A stretch of DNA of 64,000 nt from Blastocladiella emersonii ATCC 22665 (Eukaryota; Fungi; Blastocladiomycota): positions 372,001 through 436,000 of the forward strand of contig JANHCV010000011.1 in assembly GCA_025594325.1 (NCBI GenBank). The letters are read 5' to 3'. A model generated the notes under the pieces. The model had not been told where the DNA came from and searched no databases. It saw only the letters and a program-made list of their open reading frames with translations. Below, piece after piece: positions 10,813 through 22,205 of this stretch (positions are counted from its first letter, which is position 1; each line of letters opens with the position of its first letter). A program made the position numbers and the translations under genes.

Positions 10813-10865
10813 ACGCGTGCGCGACGCGTGCCCGTCGCGAAACGCGTCTCTCACACGCGACGCGT
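10813..10865. promoter_or_regulatory. Cluster of ACGCGT (MCB-like) and CGCGAAA (SCB/E2F-like) sites
   Basis: ACGCGT at 10813, 10824, 10842 and 10860, and CGCGAAA at 10836, in a divergent promoter region. Confidence 0.45.
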
Positions 10866-11406
10866 CCGTCTCCCGCGTCTTTCCGACCCCCCGCGAACGA
10901 GGGCGCGCGCACATTGAAAAGTGGCCCCCCCGGTCTTCCGCCGGCACAACGCGCCGCGGTGTGTCCGCAGGGATCGCGCGCGTCTCCCGGCGTGGGTGTC
11001 GGGAGCCTGGCATCGCCCTACGGGCCGAACGACGCCGATGGCCGACTCGGCGCAGTAATATACAAGGGCGGGTGATCACACGAGAGAGCAGAGCCAAGGC
11101 GCGCGCTAAGTGTCTCCCACCTGCCTCCTCCTCCCCCCCTCGCGCACGCTCGTTCACGCTGTTCCCGCCCGACCCCCACGGCCCCTGCCAGTGCTGCCAG
11201 GGTCGGCCCTGATCGTTGTTCGCTCGCGCCTGTCTGAGGTTGAAGGGCGCCTCGGCGCATGGTTGACGAAGCATATGCACTCTCGCGCGATTCTGTGAAT
11301 CCGGCGTCCCCGCGCCCTCGCTTCGACCTCTGCCCGGCTTCGGCCCGCCCAACCAACGACTCGTCCCTGCTGATCGCACACTTGCCAACGATACACGAAG
11401 CAAAGC

Positions 11407-13860
11407 ATGAAGTCTATACCGGACGCCACGCTCGAGCTCATCATCCGCGATGGTGCGCCGGCCACCCTCTGCCCACTCCACCAGGCACTCACTCACCTAT
11501 GCCCCGCCGTAGAGTCGCTCATCTTCATCCTGCTGTCGGTGGCGACGAGCGTGCTGTGCACCATGTGGACCGCCGCCATGTACAAGCGCAACGGGCGGCG
11601 GTCCGTGTTCCACGCGCTGCTGCTGCTCGAGAGCTCGCTGTCGCTGGCGAGCGACCTGTTTGCGCTGGTCCTCGAGTTCTCGCTGCGCGGCCTCGTCACC
11701 ATCGACGCCGCGTCGTACTGCGCGCGCGACCAGCTCATCTACACTCTGCTGCACCACGCCACGCTCATCATGCACATCATGCTGAGCGTGCTGCGCGCGG
11801 GGCTCTTCCGGTTCCTGTACATTGCGCCGCGCGCCGCGGGCGACGTAAGGTCGCCGCTCGAGTGGACCTTACCGCCCAAGTCGCCCGTCCCGACCCCGCT
11901 CGTGCGGCCGGGCACCGTGGCCATCGACGACCCGCGCATCGCGTACCGCACGCCGTACCTGTACCGGCGGTTCCGCGCGCTGCTGACGCTGCGGTGGATG
12001 CACACGACCGGGTACCGGCTCGAGCTGGTGCGGCGCGCGCTCATGGTGATCATCCCGCTCGTGTACATCACGACCGAGGTCGAGAGCGTGTCCAACGGGT
12101 GCCGCGCCGACAAGCCGCAGCCGATCGGCGAGGAGACACGGTTCTGGGTCAACGTGTACCGCGCGTGGGTGCTCATCTTTGCGCTGTTCCAGGTCATCAT
12201 CTCCCTGTACACGCTGCTCGGCACGTCGGTCGTCGTGCGCCAGCACCGGTTCCGCTCGCTCAAGCGCGCCGTGTTCATCATGGAGCAGCTCGGGTCCGCC
12301 ACCAGCTACGTCCGGCTCTCGTTTGCCGTGCTGCTGCTCTTCTCCATCATCGTGTGGAACCTGCCCGTGTTCCTGGGGATCGCCGTCCACGCGTTCCTGT
12401 GCCGCATCTACCTCGCGTGGCAGCTCGCCTACTTCCAGGCCATGGCCACCGTGTTCCCTCACATACCCTCGCTCCGCATGTCGCTCGGGTCCACCATCAC
12501 CGCCGAGCCCGCGCCCATTTCGACGAGCAACTCGGAGTGCGTCTCGTTCAACGACCTCTCGGGCGGCGGCGGTGGGGGCGGTGGAGGTGGAAGCGTACGC
12601 ATGCTCAACGCCTCGAGCACGGCAGGCGGCGGCGGGCTCTCGTCAAGCGCGCGCGGGACCATCGGGTCGGCCACGGCCCTCGTAACCCCCGCATCGCCGA
12701 CTCACGGTAACCGCCGCATCTCGTTCCTCCCGCCCACGGCACTCAGCACCGGGGCCGACCTCGAGCTGCCCGGCACCACCATGGCCAGTGGCGTACACGC
12801 TACGGCTACGACCACGTCCACGACCGCCGCTGATCCCGCGCCGTTCATGCCCCCGCCCCTCCCGTCCTCGACTTCGACCTCGGCCAGCACATCGGCCGAC
12901 CGCCCCGTCCCCGCCGCCTCCAGCGGCGGGGGCGGCGGCATGGGTTCGACGGCCGAGATGAAGCGCACCAACACGAGCATGACGCGCGTCGTGTTGTCGG
13001 CCGCGGGCGACGATCCCACCGGCGGCGGTGGTGGCAAGGCGGCGGGCGGGATCCTGCTCCAAGTGCCCGGCGGCGCGACCAAGAAGGTGGTCAGCACGGG
13101 CCCGAGCGGCAGCTCGCTGCAGCTGTTCCAGGACGCCGCGGCCACCACGTCGGGCACGGCTTCCTCGGCGACGGGCGCCGTGGGCGCCAGCACCGCGGGC
13201 ATCTACAGCCACACGACGCTGCACGGCGCCGAGACACCGAGCCTCGTCAACGTGTTTGTCGCGCCGCCGTCGCCCGCCTCGCAGCGGCACGGCAGCGACG
13301 GGAGCGGGAGCGGGCGCACGGCGTCGGATCCCGGTCCGATCGAGGCCGGCCCCGAGACGGGCCTGCTCCCGCCCAAGACGGACGGCGTCGTGCTCGGCTC
13401 GACTAGCAGCTCGTTCGGGAAACCCGCCCTGTTCATCGACGCGTCGTCGGACCCGCCGTCCGTCATCTCGCTCGACAAGGCGCGCGAGTCGCCGCTCGAG
13501 TCGCCCACGGCCACGGTCCTCGCTCCGAAGACGACGGCCGCCGGGGGAGTCGATGATGGCGGCGGCGGAAAAGACGCGTCGACGTCCGAGTCAGCGGTCG
13601 GCGACCCGCGGCCGCTGCCGCTGCGGCACGTCGCGACGGCGGGGCGCACCGGCAGCACGCCGTACTCGTCGCGCAGAAGGCTCGAGGGCGTCAGCGGTGG
13701 CGGTGGGGCGGGCGAGGCGGGCGAGGCGGGCGAGCTCGACTCGCTCAACCAGATCTACGTGACCGCGCGCGACGGCGTCGCTCCGCCGCCCCCTCCGCCA
13801 CCACACCACACGGCGGCGGCTACGGCGGCGCCGCCCATGCGCAACGCGTCGCTCGGATGA
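11407..13860 (+). CDS. Orphan 7-TM (GPCR-like) protein with a long disordered C-terminal tail
   Basis: Seven hydrophobic segments in about the first 350 aa, with Cys at the top of TM3 (SYCARD) and in the TM4-TM5 loop (NGCRA). The remaining ~450 aa are Ser/Thr/Gly/Pro-rich. Confidence 0.6.
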   Translation: MKSIPDATLELIIRDGAPATLCPLHQALTHLCPAVESLIFILLSVATSVLCTMWTAAMYKRNGRRSVFHALLLLESSLSLASDLFALVLEFSLRGLVTIDAASYCARDQLIYTLLHHATLIMHIMLSVLRAGLFRFLYIAPRAAGDVRSPLEWTLPPKSPVPTPLVRPGTVAIDDPRIAYRTPYLYRRFRALLTLRWMHTTGYRLELVRRALMVIIPLVYITTEVESVSNGCRADKPQPIGEETRFWVNVYRAWVLIFALFQVIISLYTLLGTSVVVRQHRFRSLKRAVFIMEQLGSATSYVRLSFAVLLLFSIIVWNLPVFLGIAVHAFLCRIYLAWQLAYFQAMATVFPHIPSLRMSLGSTITAEPAPISTSNSECVSFNDLSGGGGGGGGGGSVRMLNASSTAGGGGLSSSARGTIGSATALVTPASPTHGNRRISFLPPTALSTGADLELPGTTMASGVHATATTTSTTAADPAPFMPPPLPSSTSTSASTSADRPVPAASSGGGGGMGSTAEMKRTNTSMTRVVLSAAGDDPTGGGGGKAAGGILLQVPGGATKKVVSTGPSGSSLQLFQDAAATTSGTASSATGAVGASTAGIYSHTTLHGAETPSLVNVFVAPPSPASQRHGSDGSGSGRTASDPGPIEAGPETGLLPPKTDGVVLGSTSSSFGKPALFIDASSDPPSVISLDKARESPLESPTATVLAPKTTAAGGVDDGGGGKDASTSESAVGDPRPLPLRHVATAGRTGSTPYSSRRRLEGVSGGGGAGEAGEAGELDSLNQIYVTARDGVAPPPPPPPHHTAAATAAPPMRNASLG

Positions 13861-14113
13861 CGCGGACACATACACTCCTTCATTGCTCACGCGCGGACGA
13901 GGTGTGTTTCGAAGAAAGGATGGATTTAATCGATATCAATGGGAGGAGAACTCGGGCGGCGGCCACCAACATCTGCGCCGCGGCCCGTACCAAACACTCG
14001 GCCCATCAACTGGCCCACCAACCACACGTAAATGTACAGGAAGAAGACGGGCGTCGGCTCGTCGTTGCCGCCCTTGGTCGCGGCCGCCGTCGCGTCGCCA
14101 CCATGGCCGCGAC

Positions 14114-15279
14114 TTAGCCCAGGATCGGCTGGCGCGCCTCGATGCGCTCGGCCTGCAGGCGGCGCTGCTCCTCGGCGCGCGCCTGGTCCTCCTTGGTCGG
14201 CATGCGGCCCGCGAGGAACGACGCCGCACGCGTCTCGTTTCCCGCCTCGGACGTGGACCACTTGCCGCCGCCCGTGCCCATCATGCCGCCTGTGCCCGAC
14301 TGCTGCATCTGCTGCTGCTGGCCTTGGTCTGCGCCGCCCTGCACCACATCGACGCCCGATGTGACCAGCGACCACGCCGTGCTCGCGCCGTACCACGTCA
14401 GGACCGCGAGCGACGCGCCGAGGAAGGAGAAGAACAAAGCCGGGCCGTAGAGCAGCAGCGACGCGCCCAGCAGGAAGCCCTCGGTCAGGAGCATGCCAGC
14501 CGCCGCGACCGCTAGCGGTGCGTGGGGGAGGGTGGGAGGGGGTGAGCGGGGATGGTCTCGCGCGTGCGCAGAGTGCAGCGAGAGAAACGTACTGAGGCAG
14601 ATGCCGAGCGTGATGGCCGCGTACGTGAGGAAGATGGCCGTCGGGATCGCCGTGAGCAGGCCGAACACTACGCGGCGCGGAACGCGACGACGCGACGCGA
14701 CGCGTCAGTCATCAGCGCGCGCATCACCCCTGCACCAACCGCCCGCCACCAAAACGCACCGTAGAGGAACGCGCGCGCCATCGGGTACGCGCGCAGGTAC
14801 ACGCGCGCCGTGTCGACCGCGACGCCCGCGTAGTACGCCGCCCCGTCGGCCAGCGGCTGCACCGCCCACCCGGCCGTGTCGCGCACCGTGCCCGCGGCGC
14901 CCTTGGCGAGCCCCCACGTGCCCGAGACCGCGCCCTCGACCATCGACTCGTACGACGACAGCGCGCCCTCGACGCGCTCGCCGCCGCCCATGCCGCCCAT
15001 GTCGGCGCCCGCGCGCGGCTGCGCGATCCACGGCGACGGGCCCGTGTCCGAGTCCTGCGAGAACGAGCGACCCGGCGGCGTGTCCGTGAGGTTGTCGGTG
15101 CTGCGCGACGGCCACGACGACTGGCGCTTGGCCGAGGTCTCGGTGGTCGTGGTGTCACCGCCCATGCGCGGCGGCGGCGGGGGAGGCGGCGGCGGCGGCG
15201 CGCCGTGGCGCTTGGCCTGGCCCGCGGCCGACCGGATGTACGACTCGTCCGTGAAGCTCTTGGAGTAGATGTCGGTCAT
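14114..15279 (-). CDS. Promethin/LDAF1 (Ldo-like) lipid-droplet assembly factor
   Basis: Exons 15279-14760, 14667-14593 and 14511-14114 (introns GTGCGT..TAG and GTACGT..TAG). Spliced core YPMARAFLYVFGLLTAIPTAIFLTYAAITLGICL-AVAAAGMLLTEGFLLGASLLLYGPALFFSFLGASL resembles the promethin P..F..F..EG pattern. Confidence 0.7.
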
Positions 15280-15505
15280 GTTGGTGATGATGGGTGAGAT
15301 GATGATGGGGTGGGCGGGGATGAGTGTCCGTGGAGCACAAGGATCGAGAGGGGAGAGGGAGGGCGGGGCGAGGGCGGCGGGCTTCTTGAGCGACCGGGCG
15401 GGCGGTCGAGGGGGTGGGCGGTCGCAAGCGAGCGAGCGAGCGAGGGCATGCAGGTGAGACCGGGTCCACGCACGGCTGGGGCCGGGGCCGGGGAAAGCGC
15501 GTTGC

Positions 15506-15575
15506 GCCACCGACGCGTCAGTCGGGCCCAAGCGCCTCCGCGACCGAACGCGTCTCACTCAGCCACCGACGCGTC
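15506..15575. repeat. 14-bp direct repeat GCCACCGACGCGTC x2 upstream of the promethin-like gene
   Basis: Copies at 15506-15519 and 15562-15575. Confidence 0.75.
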
Positions 15576-15768
15576 TCGCAGCAACTCACCGTGGTGGCGC
15601 AGCAAGCTCAGCTCTCACAGATTCAAGCACGAAGGGGACTAAAACAAACTCCCAATACAGGTTTTATAGCATCGAATCGGGAGACCGACGGCTCGCTCCG
15701 GGCCCCGCGCTGCCACCGGTCGGGGAGCGGCGCACCACGCGAGGACCAAGAGTCGCGCGCGTACGACC

Positions 15769-16170
15769 TTACTCCTGCTCCTCGGTGCGGAGGCGGGCGT
15801 GGGCGTTGGTGACCACGATCTGGAGCTGGCGGGCACGCTCGACAATGACGGTGCGCTTGCGGGCCGACACGTTGTGGGCGACCTCGGCGGCGAACGTCTT
15901 GTTGTGCATCAGCAGGAGCTCGAGCTCCTTGGGGTTGCGCACCACGAACTTCTTGAAGCCCGAGGGGAGGAGGTGGCGGGTCTTCTTGTTCGAACCGTAA
16001 CCGATCTTGGGCATGGGGATCTGGCCCTTGAAGCGGCGGCGGACGCGGTTGTCAATACCCTTGGGCTTGCGCCACGAGGGCGCCACCTTGTGGTAGCGGT
16101 CCGACTGGTGGCGGACGAACGCCTTGGTGCGCTTCTTGATGATCGGGATCTTGTTGAGGGAGGCAACCAT
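15769..16170 (-). CDS. RPL32: 60S ribosomal protein L32 (eL32)
   Basis: [57 protein letters not shown]. The ATG is immediately preceded by a CAG acceptor, implying a 5'UTR intron. Confidence 0.97.
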   Translation of the reverse strand: MVASLNKIPIIKKRTKAFVRHQSDRYHKVAPSWRKPKGIDNRVRRRFKGQIPMPKIGYGSNKKTRHLLPSGFKKFVVRNPKELELLLMHNKTFAAEVAHNVSARKRTVIVERARQLQIVVTNAHARLRTEEQE

Positions 16171-17204
16171 CTGTGCGGGGCGGGCGGGGCGCGTCGGTGA
16201 GCATCTTTGCGGGGAACGCGTCGTAGAGCTTCGGGAACGACAGCAACGCAGCACGGCGTCCATGACACTGCGCTCAGCGCGAGAAGTGCGCCACACCGCC
16301 GTTACGACGGCCCAGACGACGGTTTTCCACGGACATGACCCCAGCACCGACGTCGCAGCGCGGGTCACGATCGCGGGCGTGCCCGCCAGACGTTTTGCAC
16401 CGTCGGTCGCACGACAGTCTGCCGACAAGCGTCAGAACGACGTGCGGTTTCTGCTGCTGCAGCCGGCCGCACGATACGACACGCTGTCGTCTCGAGGACG
16501 ACAGAAACGGCGTAACGGGCGTTTATGCGGCGATTCAGCGTGCGACGGCGAAAAAACGGGCGGGTGGCGTGCGGGTGACGTGGGGCGAGCACGCAGGGCC
16601 ATCCGCGCAGCGGGCGGGTAGCGGTGGGCACGCTCGACCATCCGGGAGCTCCCTCGAGGTTTCCGCACACTCCGGCAGCGTAACCCCCAGGCGGCGACGG
16701 TGCAGGGGGTCGTGACGGGGGCGACGGTCGTGGTGACGTGCGAGGGTCATGTCCGTCATCGTCGGGGCGGTGTTGGCGCTTCCCAGCGCGGCGAGTGTCA
16801 TGGGGCGCGCGTGCGCGCGGTCGTTCGTCGATGCATCGTAGTGGTTCGTTCGTGCGTACTTTGACGACGGATATGCCGGAGGGGGAGCTGAGCGTTAGCT
16901 GGGTGCCGCACGTTGAGGGCGGCCGCGAAGCGGGCGCTCAGCACTCATGTGATCGGCTCAGCCACAAAGTGGCGGCGCCCTCACGGTGTCTGACGAACGC
17001 GTCTCGCTCGCGTCCACCGGCGGCTGCGTGTCAGGCAGCCCACCGCCGAGTCGCTGAGCTTCGCCCTGCCTCATGGGCCATCTTCCTCACGTACACGGCC
17101 ATCACGCTCAAGGGATGGGAAGTAAGCGGCGGGAGCAGTGGGGACATGTTCAGGACTGTGCGTCTATTCTTTGCGGACTCAACACGAGCCACCCATCCAT
17201 CAGC

Positions 17205-20200
17205 TCACTTGAGCGCGAGCTTCTGCTCCTTGGGCACCTCGGTGACGCCGGCGCTGTACATGGCGTAGATACGCGCGAGCTTGGCGCGGAGGTCGGGCGC
17301 GACCGACGGCCGCGTCGACTTGAGCGCCGCCATGACGTGGTGCACCTCGATTCGGACACCCGTCGTCGTCGTTTCCTTGCCCTCGCCGTCCTTGTCCTGG
17401 TCGGCGCTGACCTCGGACTCGTCGACCCACGCGGCGACAGCGCGCGCGTCGAGCGGCTCGGCGCCGGGCGACGCCTTGAACTCGACGTGCACGCCGCTGT
17501 GCGACGGCGCGGTTTCGTCGACGGCCGCTGTCGCCGCCTGCAGGGCGTCCTGGACCGCCTCGAGCGACGCGCCGGACACGACGCCCTGGAGGTCCGCGCC
17601 TGAGAACCCCTCGGTCGCGTCGGCGACGGCGTCCCAGTCGACGTCGTCCGCAATCGGCGTGCCCGCGTGGCCCGCGACGGCCTCGAGGATCGCTGCGCGT
17701 TCGGTGCGCGTGGGCATGCCGCACTCGACGGCCTTGTCGAGCCGCCCGGGCCGGAGGAGGGCGGGGTCGATGAGGTCGGGGCGCGAGGTAGCGCCGAGGA
17801 CGTACACGCCCTTGCCGAGCCCCTCGGCGCCGTCGAGCTCGGTGAGCAGCTGGTTGACGACGCGGTCCGTGACGCCAGCGTTATCGGACCCGCGGCGCGG
17901 CGCGATCGCCTCGAACTCGTCGAAGAAAAGCACGCACGGCGCCGCAGCGCGCGCCTGAGCGAACAGGTTGCGGACCGCGGCCTCGGACGCGCCAATGTAC
18001 TTGTCGAGCAGCTCGGGACCCTTGACGCCGACGAGCCGCAGCCCGCACTCGGCGGCGACCGCCTGCGCCAGCACCGTCTTGCCGCACCCCGGGTACCCGT
18101 ACAGCAGCACGCCCGACCGCAGGCGCAGCGGGACTTGCGCGAACAGGTCCGGGTACTGCGTCGGCCACGCGAAGGTTTCGAGGAGGACCTGTTTCGCGGC
18201 GTCGAGCCCGCCGATCGCGGACCACGGCGTGATTTTGCCGGCGGTCGACTTTTTCAGCGAGGCGACGTTCGCGGGCACGTAGTCGCGCAGCGCGTCGGCG
18301 AGGTGGGTGTCGGTGAGGCGCAGAGGGGCCGCGGGGTCCGCGGCGAGCGCGAGGTGCCGCGCGCGAGACAGGACGTGTACCAGGTCCTGCGCCGTGTACC
18401 CCTCGGTCTTGCCCGCGATGAGGTCGAGGTCAATGGACTCGTCGTCGACCAGCGCGCTGAGGATCTATACACACGTGGAGTTGTCAGTGACTGGGTCAAG
18501 GGAACAGTGAGACGGAAGGCGCACTTCGAGCCGCTCCTCGCGCCCGCCTTCGCCGAGGACCAGACTATCGCCGAGCCAGTACTCCTCCTTGAGCACGCGG
18601 TGCAGCCCCGCGGCGGACGTCGCGACGAGGACCACGCGCGCGGCGCCCGCCTTCATGAGCGGCGCGAGCGCGCGCACGAGCATCCGCGCGACCGCGCCCT
18701 GCTTATCGACCCCGTCGGGCGCGCTGACATCGCCCTCGCCCTCGGTCCCAACAACTGCGCTCGCGTTATCGAGGACAACCGCCGCTGGCGCCGTCGCCGA
18801 GATCACGGCTGCAAGGTCCTGGCACGCGGCCCACTGGCGGTCGGCCGGGTACGGGCCGAGGAAGCGGTCGAGCGGCACGTACAGGGTGTGCAGGAGCCCG
18901 CCGTTGCCGGCCTCGGCGGCGAGCCAGGCGCGCGCGAGAGCCGATTTGCCCGTGCCCGCAGCGCCCGCGATCAGGAAGGCGCGCGACCGCGAAGTCGTAT
19001 TCAGCGCGGACGTGATGGTGCGCAGGTGCGCGTCGGTGCCGCCGAGTGGGGTCGGGGGTGGCGAGTCGATGGGGAGGTCGGAGGCGGGGATCGGGTTCTC
19101 GGCGGGGAACGGGGACGTGGGCGCTGCGTCGGCCTCCTCCTCCTCGGCCGGGGCAGGCGCGAGGACGCACTTGACCTTCCACCCGTGGGCGCCGGCCTCG
19201 ACGCCGCCCGCGAGCTCAGCATCGAGCCTGTTGAGCTGCGCGCGGAGGGCCTCGAGGACGGGCGCGACGCAGCACACGAGCCCAGCGGGCACGTCGTCCG
19301 AAAGCGCCAACTGGACGGCGACGGGCGGCTGCACGACGGTCGTCGCCTGGTCGGGATCCGCGGGCAGCGGCGCCTTGCGCTCGAGGGCGGGTGTCAGGAG
19401 CGGCGGCGCGAGGACCTTGACGCTACCCTTTGGCCCGCCGCGCGCGACGGCAGCATCGAGCTGGTCGGGGTACAGGTGCGCGGTGAGCGCGTCCCAGTCG
19501 GCACGGCTGACCCAAGCGCGCGGGATTTCGTGGGCGTGTTCGAGCGGGCGCACCGCCACAGTGCGCAGGACGCGTGCCTTGGGCGGGACGACGGCGCGGT
19601 CGCGGGAGCGGACCTTGGGCGCGATAGCGACCTCGCAGCCGGGCGCGAGCAGGACGCACCGCTCGCCGTCGGGCTCGACGCGCGTGACGCGGACCATGAC
19701 GCGGGCGGCGTGCGGCGGGACGACGAGCGGGATCGGCTGCTTGGGCGCGACGACGGCGAGGTGGTTGAGCAGCGTGGCCTCGAGCGTCGCGGCGTTGAGC
19801 TGGACCACGTCCCAGTCGTCGAACGACGCGGGCTCGATGTACACGCGCGTCGCGAGGGCTACGCGCTTGCACACCTTGACGGTGACAGCGGCGTAGTTGG
19901 GCAGGCCGATGGCGGAGCCGAACGCCGCGTCGATCTCGAGGGCCGCGCCCGAGACGGACGCAGGCGCGGGGGCCGACGAGGAGGACACGGCGGCGGCGAC
20001 GAGCGAGCCGACGGGCGGCGCGAGCCCCGAGCCCGGCGCGGACCCGTGCGAGGCCGGCGCGCTCACCGTGTGCGTCGACAGGTCGCCCGACCACGCGACA
20101 AAGGCGCGGCCGGGGACCCACGCGTCTTCATCAGCGGGCGGGGCAGCGGTTGGCGGCGGGGTCCACGAGAGCTCGAGGACGGTCTGGCCGTGGGCCTGCT

Positions 20201-20297
20201 TCTTGGTGCGGGCCAGGATGGCGTCGGCGAGGTTCCGCGGCAGCGCCACGAAGCCGTCGCCGCGGCGCGTGTGCCGCACGGTGAGGGACGTTGACAT
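17205..20297 (-). CDS. PEX1: Peroxisome biogenesis AAA+ ATPase Pex1
   Basis: Exons 20297-18525 and 18464-17205. PEX1 N-domain (FVALP, VYIEPASFDDWDVVQLNAATLEATLLNHL), D1 GAAGTGKS, D2 SGVLLYGYPGCGKT..FFDEFEAIAPRRGSDNAGVTDRVVNQLLTELDGAEGL; C-terminal QKLALK. Confidence 0.93.
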
Positions 20298-20534
20298 GAT
20301 GATTCGTTACGTTGCTTTGGGGGAGAGCGGGAGCTCGAGAGCGCCGAAACGGTCGGCCCGGTCGGCGCGCGCGTCGCCCTTGCGGGTGCATCACTCCACG
20401 TGGGCGATCGGCGACTCTGCACTTTTCACCTCGCGCTCGCGACTACGCCACCTCCGGCCTTGAACATTCAACCTCCAACCCTGAGCAAATCTCGCACATG
20501 AATCTCTGCCACCACTGCATGCATCAACCGTAGA

Positions 20535-21842
20535 ATGTTCCTGATCATCCTGTGCCTGCTCGTCCTCGGGTACCTGTCGTACGCGTCGAACCAGACCGTC
20601 TCGCGCGAGTCGTTCAAGGCGTACTGGGTCGCGCAGCGCCAGCGGCACGCCGACGCCTCGGGCTCGCTCATGGCCTCGCTCGTCCACAAGGTCCTGCCCG
20701 GCCGCGTCCCGCGCTTCGTCCTCAACGACTTTCTCGTCTGCTCGGTCGTCACCCTCGAGGGGTCTGGCGACATGTACGTGTGCTGGCTCGGCTCCTGGCT
20801 CGCCCTGAGCACCTCGCCCGTCCCCGCCGACGGATCTGCGGGTGGGAGTAGCCGGCCCGCGTCCGTCCTCTCGCGCCGCTCCAACCGCGGTGAAGACCTC
20901 GCGGAAGCCATCGACGCCCGCGCCCAGGCCGCGCTCGACCGCGCGAACTCTGCCAAGAAGGCGCGCAACTGTACGTTCGCACGGTACTTCATCACGCCCG
21001 ACCCACACTGACCCGCAATCCCCTAGACACGGATGCCGCGCACGCCTACACCGAGGCCGGCCAGCAGTACGCGAAGATTGCGCGGAGCGACATGGGCGCG
21101 GCGCTCGACGCGGCCACCGCGTACCACCAGGCCGCCAACGCGTGGCAGCATCCGTCCATCAACGACCCCGCGCGCCGCGCCAACTGCCTGCGCGCCGCGC
21201 TCGACGTGCTCGACCGGGCGCCCTCCATCTCCGCGGGCTCGGGGTCCGACTCGGCCGTTCTGTCCCGCCGCACGCGCCTGACCGAAGCCCTCGCCGAGAC
21301 GTACCGGAATGCGGGCGACCCGCGCCGCGCGCTCGCCGCGTACCTCGCCCTGCCGCCACCCGTCCCGCGTGCCGTTGCGGCGCACGTCGCGGACCTGTAC
21401 GCGGCCACGGGCGACTTCTCGGGGGCCTACATTGCGTTCCGCGACCTGCTAAAGCAGTGCGACGGCATGCCCGACTACGCGTTCCGCGCCGGCGAGTTTG
21501 CCCTCAGCATGATCCTGTGCGGGCTCGTCACGCGCCAGTACTCGTTCCTCGGGTCGGCGCTCGAGGACGCGGACGCGCAGTCGGCCGCCTGGGCCAACTC
21601 GCGCGAGCGATCGTTCCTCGACGTACATCTCTCCTCCGAGGCATCTTGTGGTTCTTTTCCTCACCCCGCATCGCGACTCCGTGTAGAAACTCGAGCGCTT
21701 CATCGACAACGACGACATTCCCGCCATCGACCGCCACCTCGACAGCTGGCACGCCATGCTCGACGGCTGGCGCATCGGCGTGCTCCGCGGCTGGATCATG
21801 ACGTCGCGCGCTCAGATCGACGCGCGCCGCCACTTCAACTAG
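20535..21842 (+). CDS. N-terminally hydrophobic protein with a C-terminal SNAP (Sec17/alpha-SNAP-like TPR) domain
   Basis: Exons 20535-20970, 21027-21622 and 21687-21842. The C-terminus EFALSMILCGL..AAWANSRERSFLDKLERFIDNDD..MLDGWRIGVL aligns by eye to alpha-SNAP (FFLKAALCHL..AFSDSRECKLMKKL..RLDQW). N-terminal segment MFLIILCLLVLGYLSY. Confidence 0.65.
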
Positions 21843-22205
21843 GTAGACTCGCGCTGTGTAATGTATCACGATACCCGTTTTTGAACCTTGCACGCCCGTT
21901 TCGCGGGAAACGGGTGATCGGAGGCTTCGACCCTGAGAGGACTCTGCGACGCAAAAGTGCCGCCCCTGGTCATTAGAGAGCAGCTTTGCTTCATTGGTCG
22001 AGCCAGCAGCACCGCAGAAGCGGGCCCAACCCTGCTGAGAAGACGCGCCGCGCCACTCAGCCGACTCTGTTTACGCCGCACGTGACGCGTTGCCGTGCAC
22101 TCTGAAAGCTCAACTCGAATCGCGCCTCTGTCTCTCGATCACTCTGCAAACGGGACGCTTGCCTGCGACAAGATCCTGCCCCCACTTTGTGCAACGCATC
22201 ACTCC

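Noticed and set aside
10600-11100. Possible cobalamin riboswitch upstream of the CBA1-like gene
   Set aside because: No B12-box or other riboswitch consensus could be found on the minus strand.
16430-17200. Small ORFs (16535-16801 -, 16738-17268 +) between RPL32 and PEX1
   Set aside because: No recognisable domains or coding bias; more likely promoter/UTR sequence.
21900-22050. CTGAGA motifs (also at ~54866) suggestive of a TPP riboswitch
   Set aside because: The downstream CCTGAT..AATACC..GTAGGGA core is missing, and the adjacent genes are not thiamine-related.
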